From: an uncultured Verrucomicrobiota bacterium
Lineage (GTDB): Bacteria > Verrucomicrobiota > Verrucomicrobiia > CAZIPW01
Reading direction: 5' to 3'
Assembly (NCBI GenBank): GCA_964541905.1
Contig: CAZIRU010000001.1
Location: 2,870-66,869 of the forward strand
Length of the DNA: 64,000 bases
Shown: piece after piece, positions 20,189 to 33,224 of the stretch
How the letters are laid out: every line of letters begins with the position of its first letter
Position numbering within the stretch: the first letter of the stretch is position 1
Program-made: the position numbers and the translations under genes
The notes under the pieces: generated by a model
What the model was told of the DNA's origin: nothing
What the model saw: the letters and a program-made list of their open reading frames with translations, nothing else
Database searches by the model: none

Positions 20189-21283
20189 ATGCGCGTGGTA
20201 ATCTATCAGGATTTTTTGAGGCTGGGCGGAACCGAGCGACATAGCATCGCTCTCGCACAGGCCGCCATGCAAGCCGGGCACGAAACAACTCTTTTGACCA
20301 ACCGCCCCGGGGGGCGCGCAGCTAGGGAAGCTAAAAAGGCAGGACTGACGCCACTTGCTCTACAAGCCTTTGATTCATTCTGCGATGAATGGGCCCCCAA
20401 TCGCGAAAAAGTGCTCGCCCGGCTTCGTCCGGATGTCCTCGTATGCATGGGGAACGTAGCCAATGGCGAACTTGGCAAGCTAAAGGCCCAAACTCAAAAA
20501 ATGTCCACCCGCCTGATAGGAACCGCGCGTACGGGCAAGCGGCTCGGGCAAAAATTACGCAAAGCCTACGCGGCCGCCGACGCAATTATCTGCAACAGCC
20601 ACGCCTTGGAAAACCTGCTCCTCTCCAGCGGGATCCGCGCGCCCATGATTGTCATCGGGAATGCCTTGTTAGCAAACCCGCGCAGCGATCCGGCCGCACG
20701 AATGCTCTTGCGTCGCAAAATGTCCGCCGGCGAAAACACAACGGTCGTCTTGTGTTTGCAACGGATGATCCCCGGCAAACAGCAACAAAAGCTGATGGAA
20801 AACTTTTTCTGCGCCGCACACGATTGCGATGCCCAACTCTGGATCGTTGGCCACGGGCCCTCCTATTGGCCTTTGAAACTTTACGCGCGCATCCTCGGCG
20901 AGGATAAAATCAAGGTGCTCAGGCAGGAGCTTCCAGTTGAAAACTATTACAATGCCGCCGACATGGCTGCCACCACCTCTCACGAGGATTCGCTGCCCAA
21001 TTTTCTCATCGAAGCGCATGCTTTTGGGCTGTGCGGGGTTTGCGAGGACTACGCCGGCTGCGGGGAAGTCGTGGTCGGAGGGCTGACCGGCTACGTTTGC
21101 CCCGTGGATGATACGGCCGAATACGCCTCGGCGATGCGCGAGCTTATTTTAAGCCCCCAAACGCGTCGCTTCATGGGCGAGACCGCCCGCACTATCAGCT
21201 TCCGCTTCAATCGGGAACAGCTCCTGAAAAGGTTTTTGCGGGTTATCGAAACAGTTGGCGCAAAAAACAATTCCAATGCCTAA
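20189..21283 (+). CDS. Glycosyltransferase family 4-like
   Basis: GT4-type fold indicators (EDSLPNFLIEAHAFGLCGVCEDYAGCGEVV); 364 aa. Confidence 0.55.
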   Translation: MRVVIYQDFLRLGGTERHSIALAQAAMQAGHETTLLTNRPGGRAAREAKKAGLTPLALQAFDSFCDEWAPNREKVLARLRPDVLVCMGNVANGELGKLKAQTQKMSTRLIGTARTGKRLGQKLRKAYAAADAIICNSHALENLLLSSGIRAPMIVIGNALLANPRSDPAARMLLRRKMSAGENTTVVLCLQRMIPGKQQQKLMENFFCAAHDCDAQLWIVGHGPSYWPLKLYARILGEDKIKVLRQELPVENYYNAADMAATTSHEDSLPNFLIEAHAFGLCGVCEDYAGCGEVVVGGLTGYVCPVDDTAEYASAMRELILSPQTRRFMGETARTISFRFNREQLLKRFLRVIETVGAKNNSNA

Positions 21284-22208
21284 AAAACCTCTATGGATCG
21301 TTGTGCGGCCGGATCGTCTGGGGGATTGCATTGTGTCCTCGGCGCTTCTTGCAGACGTCCGCTGCGGGCAGGAAAAGGCGAATTTTGTCTGGTGCGTTCC
21401 CGAGGCGTTTCTTCCTCTTTGGGAAAAAGCGCCCTATCCCATACTTGCGCTCGAGGCTCTGCCGGATTTTTGCCGGAAGGAAAAAGCAAACGGCACTCCC
21501 ATAAAAGCCGTTTTTTTGAACCCCAAAAGGGAAATCGAGGCCCAGCTCTGCGGCTGTGAAGTTTTTTCTTGGGGCAAAACCCTCAAGGACCATCGCAAAC
21601 GCTGCGAAAAGCCCGAGGCGGCATATGCCGCCGAACTTCTACGAGCAGCAGGGCTCGAGGCGCAAACCGGTCTGCCGCAGCTTTTCCCCGCAACCATCGC
21701 CTCAAGCTCATTTGCCAAGCCTTACGTCCTCTTTCATGTGGGTGCGCACGGTCGCAAGGCCAGTCTGCCGCCAACGCTTATCGAGGAACTTACGCTTTTG
21801 CTTGGCGAACGAGGCATCAAGGCTATCTGGCTGGGCGTGGATCAAACACAGCCCGATTTCCGTAACCTCGCCGAACGGGCTCAACGCACGCATACGCGGA
21901 CACTCGGAAGCCGCTTGCCCATCAAAGAGCTCCTTGCGTGGATTGCCGGAGCGAAGGCCATACTCGGGCGCGATAGCGGCATCGCGCATCTGGCAGGCGC
22001 ACTGGGCGTGCCAACCGTAGCGCTTGTAGGCCCTGTGGCAAAAACGCTCGCGCTGCGCCGTTGGGCAGTTCGAGGCGCCCATACCAAAAATCTAGAGCTC
22101 CAAATCAACCCTCGTTGGTACGAAACTGATAAGGCTTATCAGGCGCGCTACTTCGGTTGCGCCACAAGCGATCCGTTTTTGCACGCGCTCGACGAACTTT
22201 GGCATTGA
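21276..22208 (+). CDS. Glycosyltransferase family 9 (LPS heptosyltransferase-like)
   Basis: GT9 signature GRDSGIAHLAGALGVPTVALVGP; N-terminus PLWIVVRPDRLGDCIVS typical of heptosyltransferases; start ambiguous (21255 or 21276). Confidence 0.7.
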   Translation: MPKKPLWIVVRPDRLGDCIVSSALLADVRCGQEKANFVWCVPEAFLPLWEKAPYPILALEALPDFCRKEKANGTPIKAVFLNPKREIEAQLCGCEVFSWGKTLKDHRKRCEKPEAAYAAELLRAAGLEAQTGLPQLFPATIASSSFAKPYVLFHVGAHGRKASLPPTLIEELTLLLGERGIKAIWLGVDQTQPDFRNLAERAQRTHTRTLGSRLPIKELLAWIAGAKAILGRDSGIAHLAGALGVPTVALVGPVAKTLALRRWAVRGAHTKNLELQINPRWYETDKAYQARYFGCATSDPFLHALDELWH

Positions 22209-22241
22209 AGAACACCGATAGTTTAAGAGAGAATCACGCGT

Positions 22242-23510
22242 ATGCGTTTGAGTTTATTTCTACTTGTCGTGGCAACGGCGCCTTCTGTTTTTTCACAGAG
22301 TCGTTCGCTTACGACCGAAATTTTCCCGGAAATCGAAAAACTTTATCAGTTGGCCGATGAAGACAGCACCGCCGCGCAACTGCGTTCTCTCAATGAAAGG
22401 GAGGCTTCTTATCTTTCGAAAATCGATCATGCGCCGCTGTGGCCTAAACTTGAGGCCAGCAGCAACTTCAGCTATCGCGTGGAGGACCGCGCCGATTTCG
22501 ATTATCTGGTAGAGCACACTGACTATAATTCGACAGCGACACTTTCGTATCCGCTTTATCACTGGGGAGCCCTGAGGGCGCAAGCCAAACAAGGAAGGGA
22601 GACCCTTCGGCAGGCTTCGATTAAAAATGAAATGGACCTTCTGGATCAGCACGCCAAAATCCGCGCACTTTACTGGCAACTGCTTATTGCCCAAAAACGT
22701 CTCTCCATCACCCGCGAAGAGATGCAAGCTTTGCTCAACCAAACGCCAGGAGAAGAAATCTCGCCCATTGCCGAAGAAAGTCGCACGCTCGACAGGACTG
22801 AACGCCAACTGACGCTCCAAGAACTCGAAGGCAAAGTGGATGCGCTCGCAGGCGAGTTGCAAAAACTTTTAGGTTCGCGGCCGGAATTAAGTTTTTCTTT
22901 TGCGGGCTTCCCCGAGGCGCTCTCCATCCCCGAAACATGGGATGCGGAATCGCTGCGCAGCACACTGGAAACAAAAAAATACGAAAGCCGCGCCGCTGAA
23001 AAAAAGGCCGAAATCACGCGGAGCAAGGCCTTGGGGCTGCCACGGATTGATTTAGTCGGCGCTTTCTATCAGGACTTGGTCGATGGCGTAAATGTTTCGA
23101 GTTCTGTGCAAAGGAATAACTATTTGATTGGCATACGCGGCCGCTGGGAACTCTTCAACGGCTGGAAGACATCGTCAGAAGTGGCTCTTTCGCGGATACG
23201 CCACCGCAGAGAGAGTGAATATGCCAAAGAAACCATCCGGCAGGCGCGAGAGAAGCTTGAGCTCGACCTGCGCGAACTAAAAATTCTCGAAGCGCGCTAC
23301 CAGATTGCGCGGGCGCGCTTGAAGCTGAACGAAGCACAGCTTTCTTCGCAAACAGAGCTCTCCAAACAGGGGCAAGTTTCCAACGAGGCAATCCAAGCCA
23401 TGCAGCGCAATCGCGCGGCGGTGGAGATAGCAGCATTGGAGTCTCTCACGCGCTTCCTCGATCTTTATGAAAAAATTCAAAACATATTTGCGCTTCCTGA
23501 AAACGCCTAA
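22242..23510 (+). CDS. TolC-like outer membrane efflux protein
   Basis: Signal peptide MRLSLFLLVVATAPSVFSQS, coiled-coil-rich repeats typical of outer membrane factor proteins; first gene of an efflux operon. Confidence 0.65.
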   Translation: MRLSLFLLVVATAPSVFSQSRSLTTEIFPEIEKLYQLADEDSTAAQLRSLNEREASYLSKIDHAPLWPKLEASSNFSYRVEDRADFDYLVEHTDYNSTATLSYPLYHWGALRAQAKQGRETLRQASIKNEMDLLDQHAKIRALYWQLLIAQKRLSITREEMQALLNQTPGEEISPIAEESRTLDRTERQLTLQELEGKVDALAGELQKLLGSRPELSFSFAGFPEALSIPETWDAESLRSTLETKKYESRAAEKKAEITRSKALGLPRIDLVGAFYQDLVDGVNVSSSVQRNNYLIGIRGRWELFNGWKTSSEVALSRIRHRRESEYAKETIRQAREKLELDLRELKILEARYQIARARLKLNEAQLSSQTELSKQGQVSNEAIQAMQRNRAAVEIAALESLTRFLDLYEKIQNIFALPENA

Positions 23511-24609
23511 GGGGCTTCTGGCCATAGCGGTCGCGCTTTTGGCGCTGTGGCTTGCTGCAGGGTTTTTTTCGCCGATAGTGGATGTGGCGCCTGTAAAAAA
23601 ACAGAGCGCCCTTTGGGCTGTCACGGGAACGCTCAAAGTCATCGCCGCGCGCGAGGTCGTGGTCAAAACTCAGGTAGACGGGCGCTTAACGCAATTGAGC
23701 GCTCTTGAAGCCTCAGGGAAACGGTCACTCAAAGCGGGCGAGGTATTCGCCGCGCTGGATTCAACCGCGTTGGATCGCGAGATTGCCCTCTATCAAGCGC
23801 GCAAAGATACCACCGAAAAACAGATTGAAATCGGCAGCGACAACGAACTGGAAATTATCAATCTCCGAGGCGACCTAAATACCGCGGAAACGCTTTTTGC
23901 CAATGGCCAGCTCTCCAAAAACGAACTCGACCGGCGGCGCCGTGCGCTCGAAAAGCTGGAGCGCGCTTGGCAAAAAGAGCATCTAGACCTTGAACGCGAG
24001 TTGGCCGACGCGCAGTACGAGCTCCAAAGCCGCTTGGATAAGAAAGCCAAAATGGAGTTGCGCAGCCCCATTGACGGTGAAATGTGCGCACTTTACGTCG
24101 TCGAAGGCCAGGTGTTGCCACCAGAGTGTCCGGTTGCGCTTATTCGATCCAAAGAACTTTCGCTGGAGGTAAGCCTTTCCGAAGAAGATTTTCCGGGAAT
24201 CGAAGTCGGCCAGCGCGCCACTTTGAGCTTTACCGGCATTGGCGGCACGTTCCAAGGGCACGTCACCGCTCTCGCCGCTTACGGCAATCCTGAGACACGC
24301 CGCCGCAGCGCTTTCGTAAGCCTCGAAACCCCAAGCGAGTTGATCGTCCCTGGCTCGACGGGATACGCCACTATCATCAAAGCCGAACGCGCCCAGGCTC
24401 TCACCATCCCACGCCGCGGACTTTTCGGCAATACCGTTTTTGTGCATTCGTGGGGACACCTGCATCGGCGCATCGTGCAGCTCGGCTATCAAAGTTTTTC
24501 GACCATCGAAATCGTTGGCGGGCTTTCCGGCTGGGATAGCGTTGCGCTCGCCGGCGACGTGGAGTTGCACGATGGCATGCGCGTCAAAACCCGCCGCGTC
24601 AAACCCTAA
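23467..24609 (+). CDS. HlyD/MacA-family periplasmic adaptor (membrane fusion protein)
   Basis: N-terminal TM anchor, coiled-coil segment and beta-barrel-like C-terminus; position between TolC-like and ABC permease genes. Confidence 0.7.
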   Translation: MKKFKTYLRFLKTPKGLLAIAVALLALWLAAGFFSPIVDVAPVKKQSALWAVTGTLKVIAAREVVVKTQVDGRLTQLSALEASGKRSLKAGEVFAALDSTALDREIALYQARKDTTEKQIEIGSDNELEIINLRGDLNTAETLFANGQLSKNELDRRRRALEKLERAWQKEHLDLERELADAQYELQSRLDKKAKMELRSPIDGEMCALYVVEGQVLPPECPVALIRSKELSLEVSLSEEDFPGIEVGQRATLSFTGIGGTFQGHVTALAAYGNPETRRRSAFVSLETPSELIVPGSTGYATIIKAERAQALTIPRRGLFGNTVFVHSWGHLHRRIVQLGYQSFSTIEIVGGLSGWDSVALAGDVELHDGMRVKTRRVKP

Positions 24610-24615
24610 CCGCAC

Positions 24616-25859
24616 ATGGCCCCCACCCTTCTTATCGCCTGGCGTTTTCTGCGCGCGCAAAGCCGTGCGGCCGCCATGGGAGTCATGGGTATCGCGCTGG
24701 GGGTCGCCTTCTTTGTCCTTACTCAGGCTCAAACAAAAGGCTTCGAGGAATTTTTCATCAAGACTATTTTGGGAACCAACGGCGCGGTGCGCATCACCGA
24801 ACGCTACCAAAACCGCCACGACTATATCAGTCTTCAAAGCTCTTCCGGTCAGGAGCTCGGCGACTATCAGCTCAGCAACCGCACCTACCAGCGCGGGGTG
24901 GACTATCCGGAGGCCATCCGCGCCGAACTCGAAAAAATACGAGGCATCTCGGGCATTTCAGAAATCGTCGAAGGCGCCGGCGAGTTGGAATTTTCAGGGC
25001 AAAACTTTCGCGTAGCGCTCAACGGCATCCGTCTTTATGATCATCTACGCGTAAGCGCATTGAGCTCACAAATCATCCAGGGTTCTTTGCAAGACTTCGA
25101 CTCGGAGTCGCTTCCCATTGTCATCGGCGCACGCCTCGCCAAGCGGCTCCAAGTTGAAATTGGCCAAAAAGTGATGCTACGCTGTGGCTCGCAGACCGCC
25201 CAAGGACGACTTATTGCGGTCTTTGAAACAGGCGCAGGCGAGATTGATCTGGAGCGCATCTATCTGCCTCTGGGCCCAGCCCGAACGCTCTTGCGGCGGC
25301 CTTTTGGAGGAAGCGTCCTGCAGCTGGCCCTGAGCGATCCTGAAAATGCCGAGACTCTCGCGGCAAATATCCGCACGACTCTTTTCTATCACGCCACCGG
25401 CTGGAAAGAACGCGAAAAGGTTTGGCTCGACGTCTTTTTAGCGCTGCGGGTTTCCTCTGGAATCACCGTTTGCAGCATTCTAGTCATCGCCGCCATGGGA
25501 ATTTTCAATACCCTCAGCATGATGGTGCTCGAAAAGACCCGACAAATCTCAATCCTCATGGCGATGGGCTATTCCGGCGGCGACATCCGCACAATCTTTC
25601 TGCTGCAGGGCGCATTTTTGGGGGCACTGGGGTGTACAGCGGGAGTCGCGCTGGGGGTATTGGCGACGGCCATTGTGGAGCGTCTCCCCATCCGCATTCG
25701 GGGCATTTTTTCGACGGATCACTTTGTCGTGAGTTGGGATCTCTCGCATTATCTGCTGGCTATCGCGCTTGCAGTTGCGGCGGTGGTTTTGGCAACCCTT
25801 TGGCCGGCCTTGCGGGCTGCGAAGCTCCATCCGGCTAACGTCCTCAGAGGAGGTGCCGA

Positions 25860-25863
<4 letters not shown>
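24616..25863 (+). CDS. ABC transporter permease, FtsX/MacB/LolC-E family
   Basis: N-terminal TM helix, large periplasmic domain, C-terminal FtsX-type helices (SILMAMGYSGGDIRTIFLLQGAFLG). Confidence 0.7.
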
Positions 25864-26528
<665 letters not shown>

Positions 26529-26550
26529 AACGTCTGCGGCAAATTTCGGC

Positions 26551-26580
26551 TTGAAAAACGCCGCCTAGCCCTGCTATACT
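26551..26580 (+). promoter_or_regulatory. Putative sigma70-type promoter of tRNA-Lys
   Basis: TTGAAA - 18 nt - TATACT ending 10 nt before the tRNA 5-prime end. Confidence 0.4.
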
Positions 26581-26590
26581 AGACCTTTCC

Positions 26591-26663
<73 letters not shown>

Positions 26664-26757
26664 CCACCTTCGCCGCGGCTACGGCGGACTGTACCAGAAA
26701 AGCTTTTCAAGTTTTTTCGATTGCCATGAGCACGACGTTTTTCAAGGATGAGCACAA

Positions 26758-27648
26758 ATGAATCCCTTGCTCATCGTCGGTTCGGTCGCCATCGACACCA
26801 TCCGCACACCCCAAGGCACAGCCTCCGACCAACTGGGCGGCTCGGCCACTTTCGCAGGACTTGTCGCGCGTCATTGGGTTGAGCCTGTTTTGCTCTCTGC
26901 GATAGGCGGAGATTTTCCCGAAGCGCTTCTGAGGCGCATGGAGGCAGCTAGTCTTAATCTCTCGGACCTTACGCGCGAGGAGAACGCCAAATCCTTCCGC
27001 TGGGAGGGCCTCTACGACGAAGGGCTGGGCCTGCGCGAGACGACCGGCCTTGAGCTAGGTGTGATGGCGACCGCCAAGCTCCGAACTCCCGACCTTTCGA
27101 GCATCCGTTTTTGCATGATGGGCAATTACCATCCCGCCCGCGAGCTGGAGGTCCTCGAAAAGCTTCCCGAGGGCTGTTTTATCGGCACCGACACGATTGA
27201 AGCGTGGATAAAATTCGAGCGCGAAGCCCTGACGGGTCTTTTCCGCCGCTCCAGTCTCATCTGCATCGATACCGACGAACTCGCCAAATTCACCGAGGAA
27301 CCGGACGAACTAGTGGGAGTCGAAAAGCTTTTCGAGTTGGGCGCGCGCTGGGCGGTCATCAAATACGGAGCCCACGGCAGCTCGCTTTATGGCTCCCAAG
27401 GCGAACGCTTCCGCTGTGGTGCCTACAAGACCCAAGCGCGCGATACAACAGGGGCGGGCGACACCTTCTTGGCAACTATCTTGGCACACTTGGCGGCCAC
27501 AGGCCGCGCCGATTTCGAGACCCTTCAAGAGGGCATGAAGCTCGGGGCCGCCGCCGCCAGCATCACCGTCGAAGCCTTTGGCGTGGATAGCCTAATAAAG
27601 GCGAATAAAGAGGATATTGAAAGGCGAGCAACATTGCTCGAAAGTTAA
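26758..27648 (+). CDS. PfkB-family carbohydrate kinase
   Basis: Ribokinase-family anion-hole motif TTGAGDTFLATILAHLAATG near C-terminus. Confidence 0.7.
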   Translation: MNPLLIVGSVAIDTIRTPQGTASDQLGGSATFAGLVARHWVEPVLLSAIGGDFPEALLRRMEAASLNLSDLTREENAKSFRWEGLYDEGLGLRETTGLELGVMATAKLRTPDLSSIRFCMMGNYHPARELEVLEKLPEGCFIGTDTIEAWIKFEREALTGLFRRSSLICIDTDELAKFTEEPDELVGVEKLFELGARWAVIKYGAHGSSLYGSQGERFRCGAYKTQARDTTGAGDTFLATILAHLAATGRADFETLQEGMKLGAAAASITVEAFGVDSLIKANKEDIERRATLLES

Positions 27649-27652
27649 CCGC

Positions 27653-29821
<2,169 letters not shown>

Positions 29822-29825
29822 ATTT

Positions 29826-31634
29826 TTAAGCGTAGAGCGTGATAATCTTTTTGAGCGTTTCGAGGTGATTGCTGCGGATGGAAATAAAATCGTCCATACC
29901 GGCTGCCCGATAGGCGGGCTCGTATTCTGCGGCGGGCTGCCCCGCCAAATAAACCTGCATCTGCGGTGATGCCGTTTTGAGCGCCTTGGCAGCCTCTGGC
30001 ACAAGAGCCGGATAAAGCTCATCGGTCGAGCAAATGACCGCCACCTTGGCGCCGCTTTCTGCAGCGGCCCTCGCCGCCTCGGCGGACGTCTCAAACCCCT
30101 TGGGATAAATCACGTTAATCCCCCCCGCCTCCAAAAACGCCTGCACAAAATCCGCGCGCGCCTTGTGTTCGCGCAAGGGCCCCATCGTGCAAAGAAACAC
30201 TTTCGGCTTAACGGTGGCCGCCGAGGCGCGCAACTCTTCGTAGGGAGCGCTCAGCCGGAACACGGCCGCGCCAGCTTTCGCCAAAGAAACCTCTCCTATC
30301 GGCTTTTCGTCCACAACCGCATAAAGATTCGTCCCCACCAGCACGTCGCGGCGCTGGCCAAAACGCTTGGCGCGCTCGGCGGCAGCCGCGGCAATTTCCT
30401 TTTGCAAGGCACCCGAACGCACTTGCGCCAAAATGCCGCCCTGTTTCTCGCCTTCCTGAAAGAGCTTCCAACTTGCCTCACCGAGTTGCGTCGTCAGCGT
30501 TTCAATAAAATACGCGCCTCCCGCCGGATCCACGATTTTGTCCAGCTCGCACTCCTCGCGCAAAATAACCTGCGCATTGCGCGCCAAGCGCTGCGAGAGG
30601 ACCTCCGGCGTCCGAAACAGGCGATCAAAAGGCTCCACGGAAAGGCTCTCGACGCCCCCAACCACGGCCGCAAAAGCCTCCATCGAGGCTCGCAGAATAT
30701 TAACGTGCGGATCGTAGAGCGTTTTATTCATCCTCCCCGTGCGCGCGTGCAGGCGTGGCGGGATATTTTTGAGGCCATACGCCTCAAGCAAGTTCGCCCA
30801 CAGCACCCGCGCGGCGCGAAACTTGGCCACCTCAATAAAGTAATTCTGCCCGACGGAAAAGCACCACCGCGTGCGCGCAAGCACCGTCTGCGGCGGCACG
30901 CCCTCTGCTTCCAGCTGTCGAAGCATCTCGACGGTTGCTCCGAGCGCATAACTTAACTCCTGTACAGCCGTGCCTCCCGCATCCGCGATGCCCACAGCCG
31001 AGATTCCCATCACAGCCATTTGCGGGAAAGTGTTTGCCTTAAAAATTTCCGCAAGCTCCGCAAAAGAACAGGCCGTCCCTCCGCGCAGTTCTTCGGCCAC
31101 CGCGTCCAGCTCAAAGCCTCCCTTAAGCGTTGCCGCATCCACTCCCACCCGCGCCGCATAGGCCGCCAAACGCCCGATAAAGTCTTGTGCCTCGGCTACC
31201 GGCAAACATTTCCAATAAAGCGGCACCGCGCTCAAGACAATATCGCGGAAGGCCGCATCAAAATTTGCCTCGGCCTTAAAGCCGCCCGCCGCCATCAAAA
31301 GCGCCGTCTGTCCGTGATTCAAAGCCTCCAGCGCCAATTTGTTCCATTCGCTGGGGCTGGTGGCAAAAATCTCCTGCGCAATCTGCCAACCTTCGGCCAG
31401 ATACGGCGCAGCGGTTGCGCCCCGCGCAAAGTTTCCCCACCCGGGCAGTTCCGCTCCGGCGCCGCATTTTTCCGCATCGGCGGCATTGTAAATGGGCTGC
31501 AATAAAATCCCCTCGGGAGTTTGCGTGCAGAGTTTTTTCTCAAAGGGCGCTCCCGCCAATGTTTCCTCGGCGGCAGCCCGCCAAGCCTCATAGCCTGTTT
31601 TCTCAAAGTCCTCAAACAAAGACGTTTCTTTCAT
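29826..31634 (-). CDS. mutA: Methylmalonyl-CoA mutase small subunit
   Basis: MCM-like fold without the canonical B12 His motif, immediately upstream of and co-directional with mutB; 602 aa. Confidence 0.8.
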   Translation of the reverse strand: MKETSLFEDFEKTGYEAWRAAAEETLAGAPFEKKLCTQTPEGILLQPIYNAADAEKCGAGAELPGWGNFARGATAAPYLAEGWQIAQEIFATSPSEWNKLALEALNHGQTALLMAAGGFKAEANFDAAFRDIVLSAVPLYWKCLPVAEAQDFIGRLAAYAARVGVDAATLKGGFELDAVAEELRGGTACSFAELAEIFKANTFPQMAVMGISAVGIADAGGTAVQELSYALGATVEMLRQLEAEGVPPQTVLARTRWCFSVGQNYFIEVAKFRAARVLWANLLEAYGLKNIPPRLHARTGRMNKTLYDPHVNILRASMEAFAAVVGGVESLSVEPFDRLFRTPEVLSQRLARNAQVILREECELDKIVDPAGGAYFIETLTTQLGEASWKLFQEGEKQGGILAQVRSGALQKEIAAAAAERAKRFGQRRDVLVGTNLYAVVDEKPIGEVSLAKAGAAVFRLSAPYEELRASAATVKPKVFLCTMGPLREHKARADFVQAFLEAGGINVIYPKGFETSAEAARAAAESGAKVAVICSTDELYPALVPEAAKALKTASPQMQVYLAGQPAAEYEPAYRAAGMDDFISIRSNHLETLKKIITLYA

Positions 31635-31995
31635 AAACTTCCCGAAAGTAATTCTCTACGGCCCTAAAAGCAATCCCCACAAGAGCGTGTTTAGAATCTA
31701 TTTGGCAGTATTGTTGGGATGATTTTGGCGTTTTGGCAAGGCCAAACCCCGATGAAATCGGGGTTCTTCGAGTGAGCAACACGGGCTAGAAGCCCGAAAT
31801 GCGAACGAGAAACGCCGCCAAAACACAAAAGCGCCCAACCCGAAGGGCGCCGCTCATTATTGTTTATCAGCAAATTATGCGGCGCAATATGGCGAAGAGA
31901 TTCTGAACACGCTCTAAGCCCCTGCCAGCGCATTTCAGCCGCTTGACTGTCGCTTTTTCCTTCTCTTTGCGCGGCGTTTGGGCTAGAATGGTTCT

Positions 31996-32460
31996 ATGGG
32001 TCCGATTTTTTGCGTCTGCACAGGGAACATCTGCCGTTCCCCGATGGCGGAAGCTTTTCTGCAGAAGGCGCTTGCGGACGCCGGAGTCGAGGCAGAGATT
32101 CATTCGGCGGGAATTTGCGCCTACGAGGGTTCCCCGGCTTCGACCTATGCGGTTAAGGCAATGGCCGAAAAAGGCTACGACCTTTTGGCCCATCGCAGTC
32201 AGCCGCTCACCCGCTCGATTATGGAGAGCGCCTCGCTTGTTTTGGTGATGACTACCATGCACAAAATCGCGATCGAAGAAGAATACGGCCAGCTCCCAAC
32301 CCCCGTACGCCTCTGGAGAGAACACCGCGAGCACGGCAAAGAGGTCGCGGATCCTTGGGGCGGCAATTTACAAAGCTATATAGCGGTCCGGGATAATATC
32401 TCCGAGGCCGTTGGCGACTGGGTCGAAATTGTAAAAAAGATGAAAGCGGAGGGAAAATAA
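31996..32460 (+). CDS. Low-molecular-weight protein-tyrosine phosphatase
   Basis: P-loop CVCTGNICRS (CX5R) and DP motif VADPWGG. Confidence 0.85.
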   Translation: MGPIFCVCTGNICRSPMAEAFLQKALADAGVEAEIHSAGICAYEGSPASTYAVKAMAEKGYDLLAHRSQPLTRSIMESASLVLVMTTMHKIAIEEEYGQLPTPVRLWREHREHGKEVADPWGGNLQSYIAVRDNISEAVGDWVEIVKKMKAEGK

Positions 32461-33149
32461 TGCAACTCGGCGAAGGTGTAGAGGTTTTAACAATTTCACA
32501 GGAAGGGCTTTGGGCATTTTCAAAACCCGCGGGAGTCCTTTCACACCCGAATAAGGCCGGAGAAGAAGCTCGCAGCCTCATCATTGCCCCCTACGATTTC
32601 AAAACGGAAGCCTATCAGACAGACGAAGGCCCCTTTTTTTTACTGCATCGGCTCGACGGCCCCACCAGCGGCGTGATCCTCGGCACTCCCAACGCAAGTC
32701 TTGCCGAAAAGGTCAAAGAGCTTTTGCGCTCACAGCGCGTCAAAAAAACCTATGTCGCGATCGTCGCTAATCTGCCGCAGAAAAAACAAGAACTTTGGCG
32801 CGACAAACTCACCAAACACCGTGATATCGAAGGACGCGGAGTTCGCGGAGCCATCGGCGGCGGCGCCCCTGCCGAGACCCAAATGCACGTCTTAAGAACT
32901 TTTCAAACCCCTATCCCTTCGGCACTTCTGGAATTACGCCCCCTGACGGGCCGCACCCACCAACTCCGCATCCAATGCGCCCAACGCAAACTCCCCATCG
33001 TTGGCGACGCCACCTACGGCAATTTTGCACTCAACCGCCAGCTCAAGGCCAAACGTCTGCTTTTACACGCCGCGCGCGTAGAGATACCCTCGATGAATTT
33101 CGAGATTGAGTGCGAAGAAGACGCCATTTTCCGCCGTTGGGGAAAATAA
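32460..33149 (+). CDS. RluA-family pseudouridine synthase
   Basis: Catalytic motif HRLDGPTSGVIL and GRTHQLRIQ; start overlaps the upstream stop (TAATG). Confidence 0.8.
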   Translation: MQLGEGVEVLTISQEGLWAFSKPAGVLSHPNKAGEEARSLIIAPYDFKTEAYQTDEGPFFLLHRLDGPTSGVILGTPNASLAEKVKELLRSQRVKKTYVAIVANLPQKKQELWRDKLTKHRDIEGRGVRGAIGGGAPAETQMHVLRTFQTPIPSALLELRPLTGRTHQLRIQCAQRKLPIVGDATYGNFALNRQLKAKRLLLHAARVEIPSMNFEIECEEDAIFRRWGK

Positions 33150-33224
33150 TGCGAAGCGTTCTTGATTTTCAGTATTTTCTGGTTAATAATTGTCTATTAC
33201 TTGCGCTGTAAAAAGGAATTTCCC

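Noticed and set aside
30165-30956. 263-aa plus-strand ORF inside mutA
   Set aside because: Antisense to a well-supported methylmalonyl-CoA mutase subunit; Arg-rich low-complexity translation.
31635-31995. Cobalamin riboswitch upstream of mutAB
   Set aside because: The region is clearly structured, but I could not recognise the conserved B12-box; B12-dependent enzymes are also not the usual riboswitch targets. Kept as an unassigned structured element.
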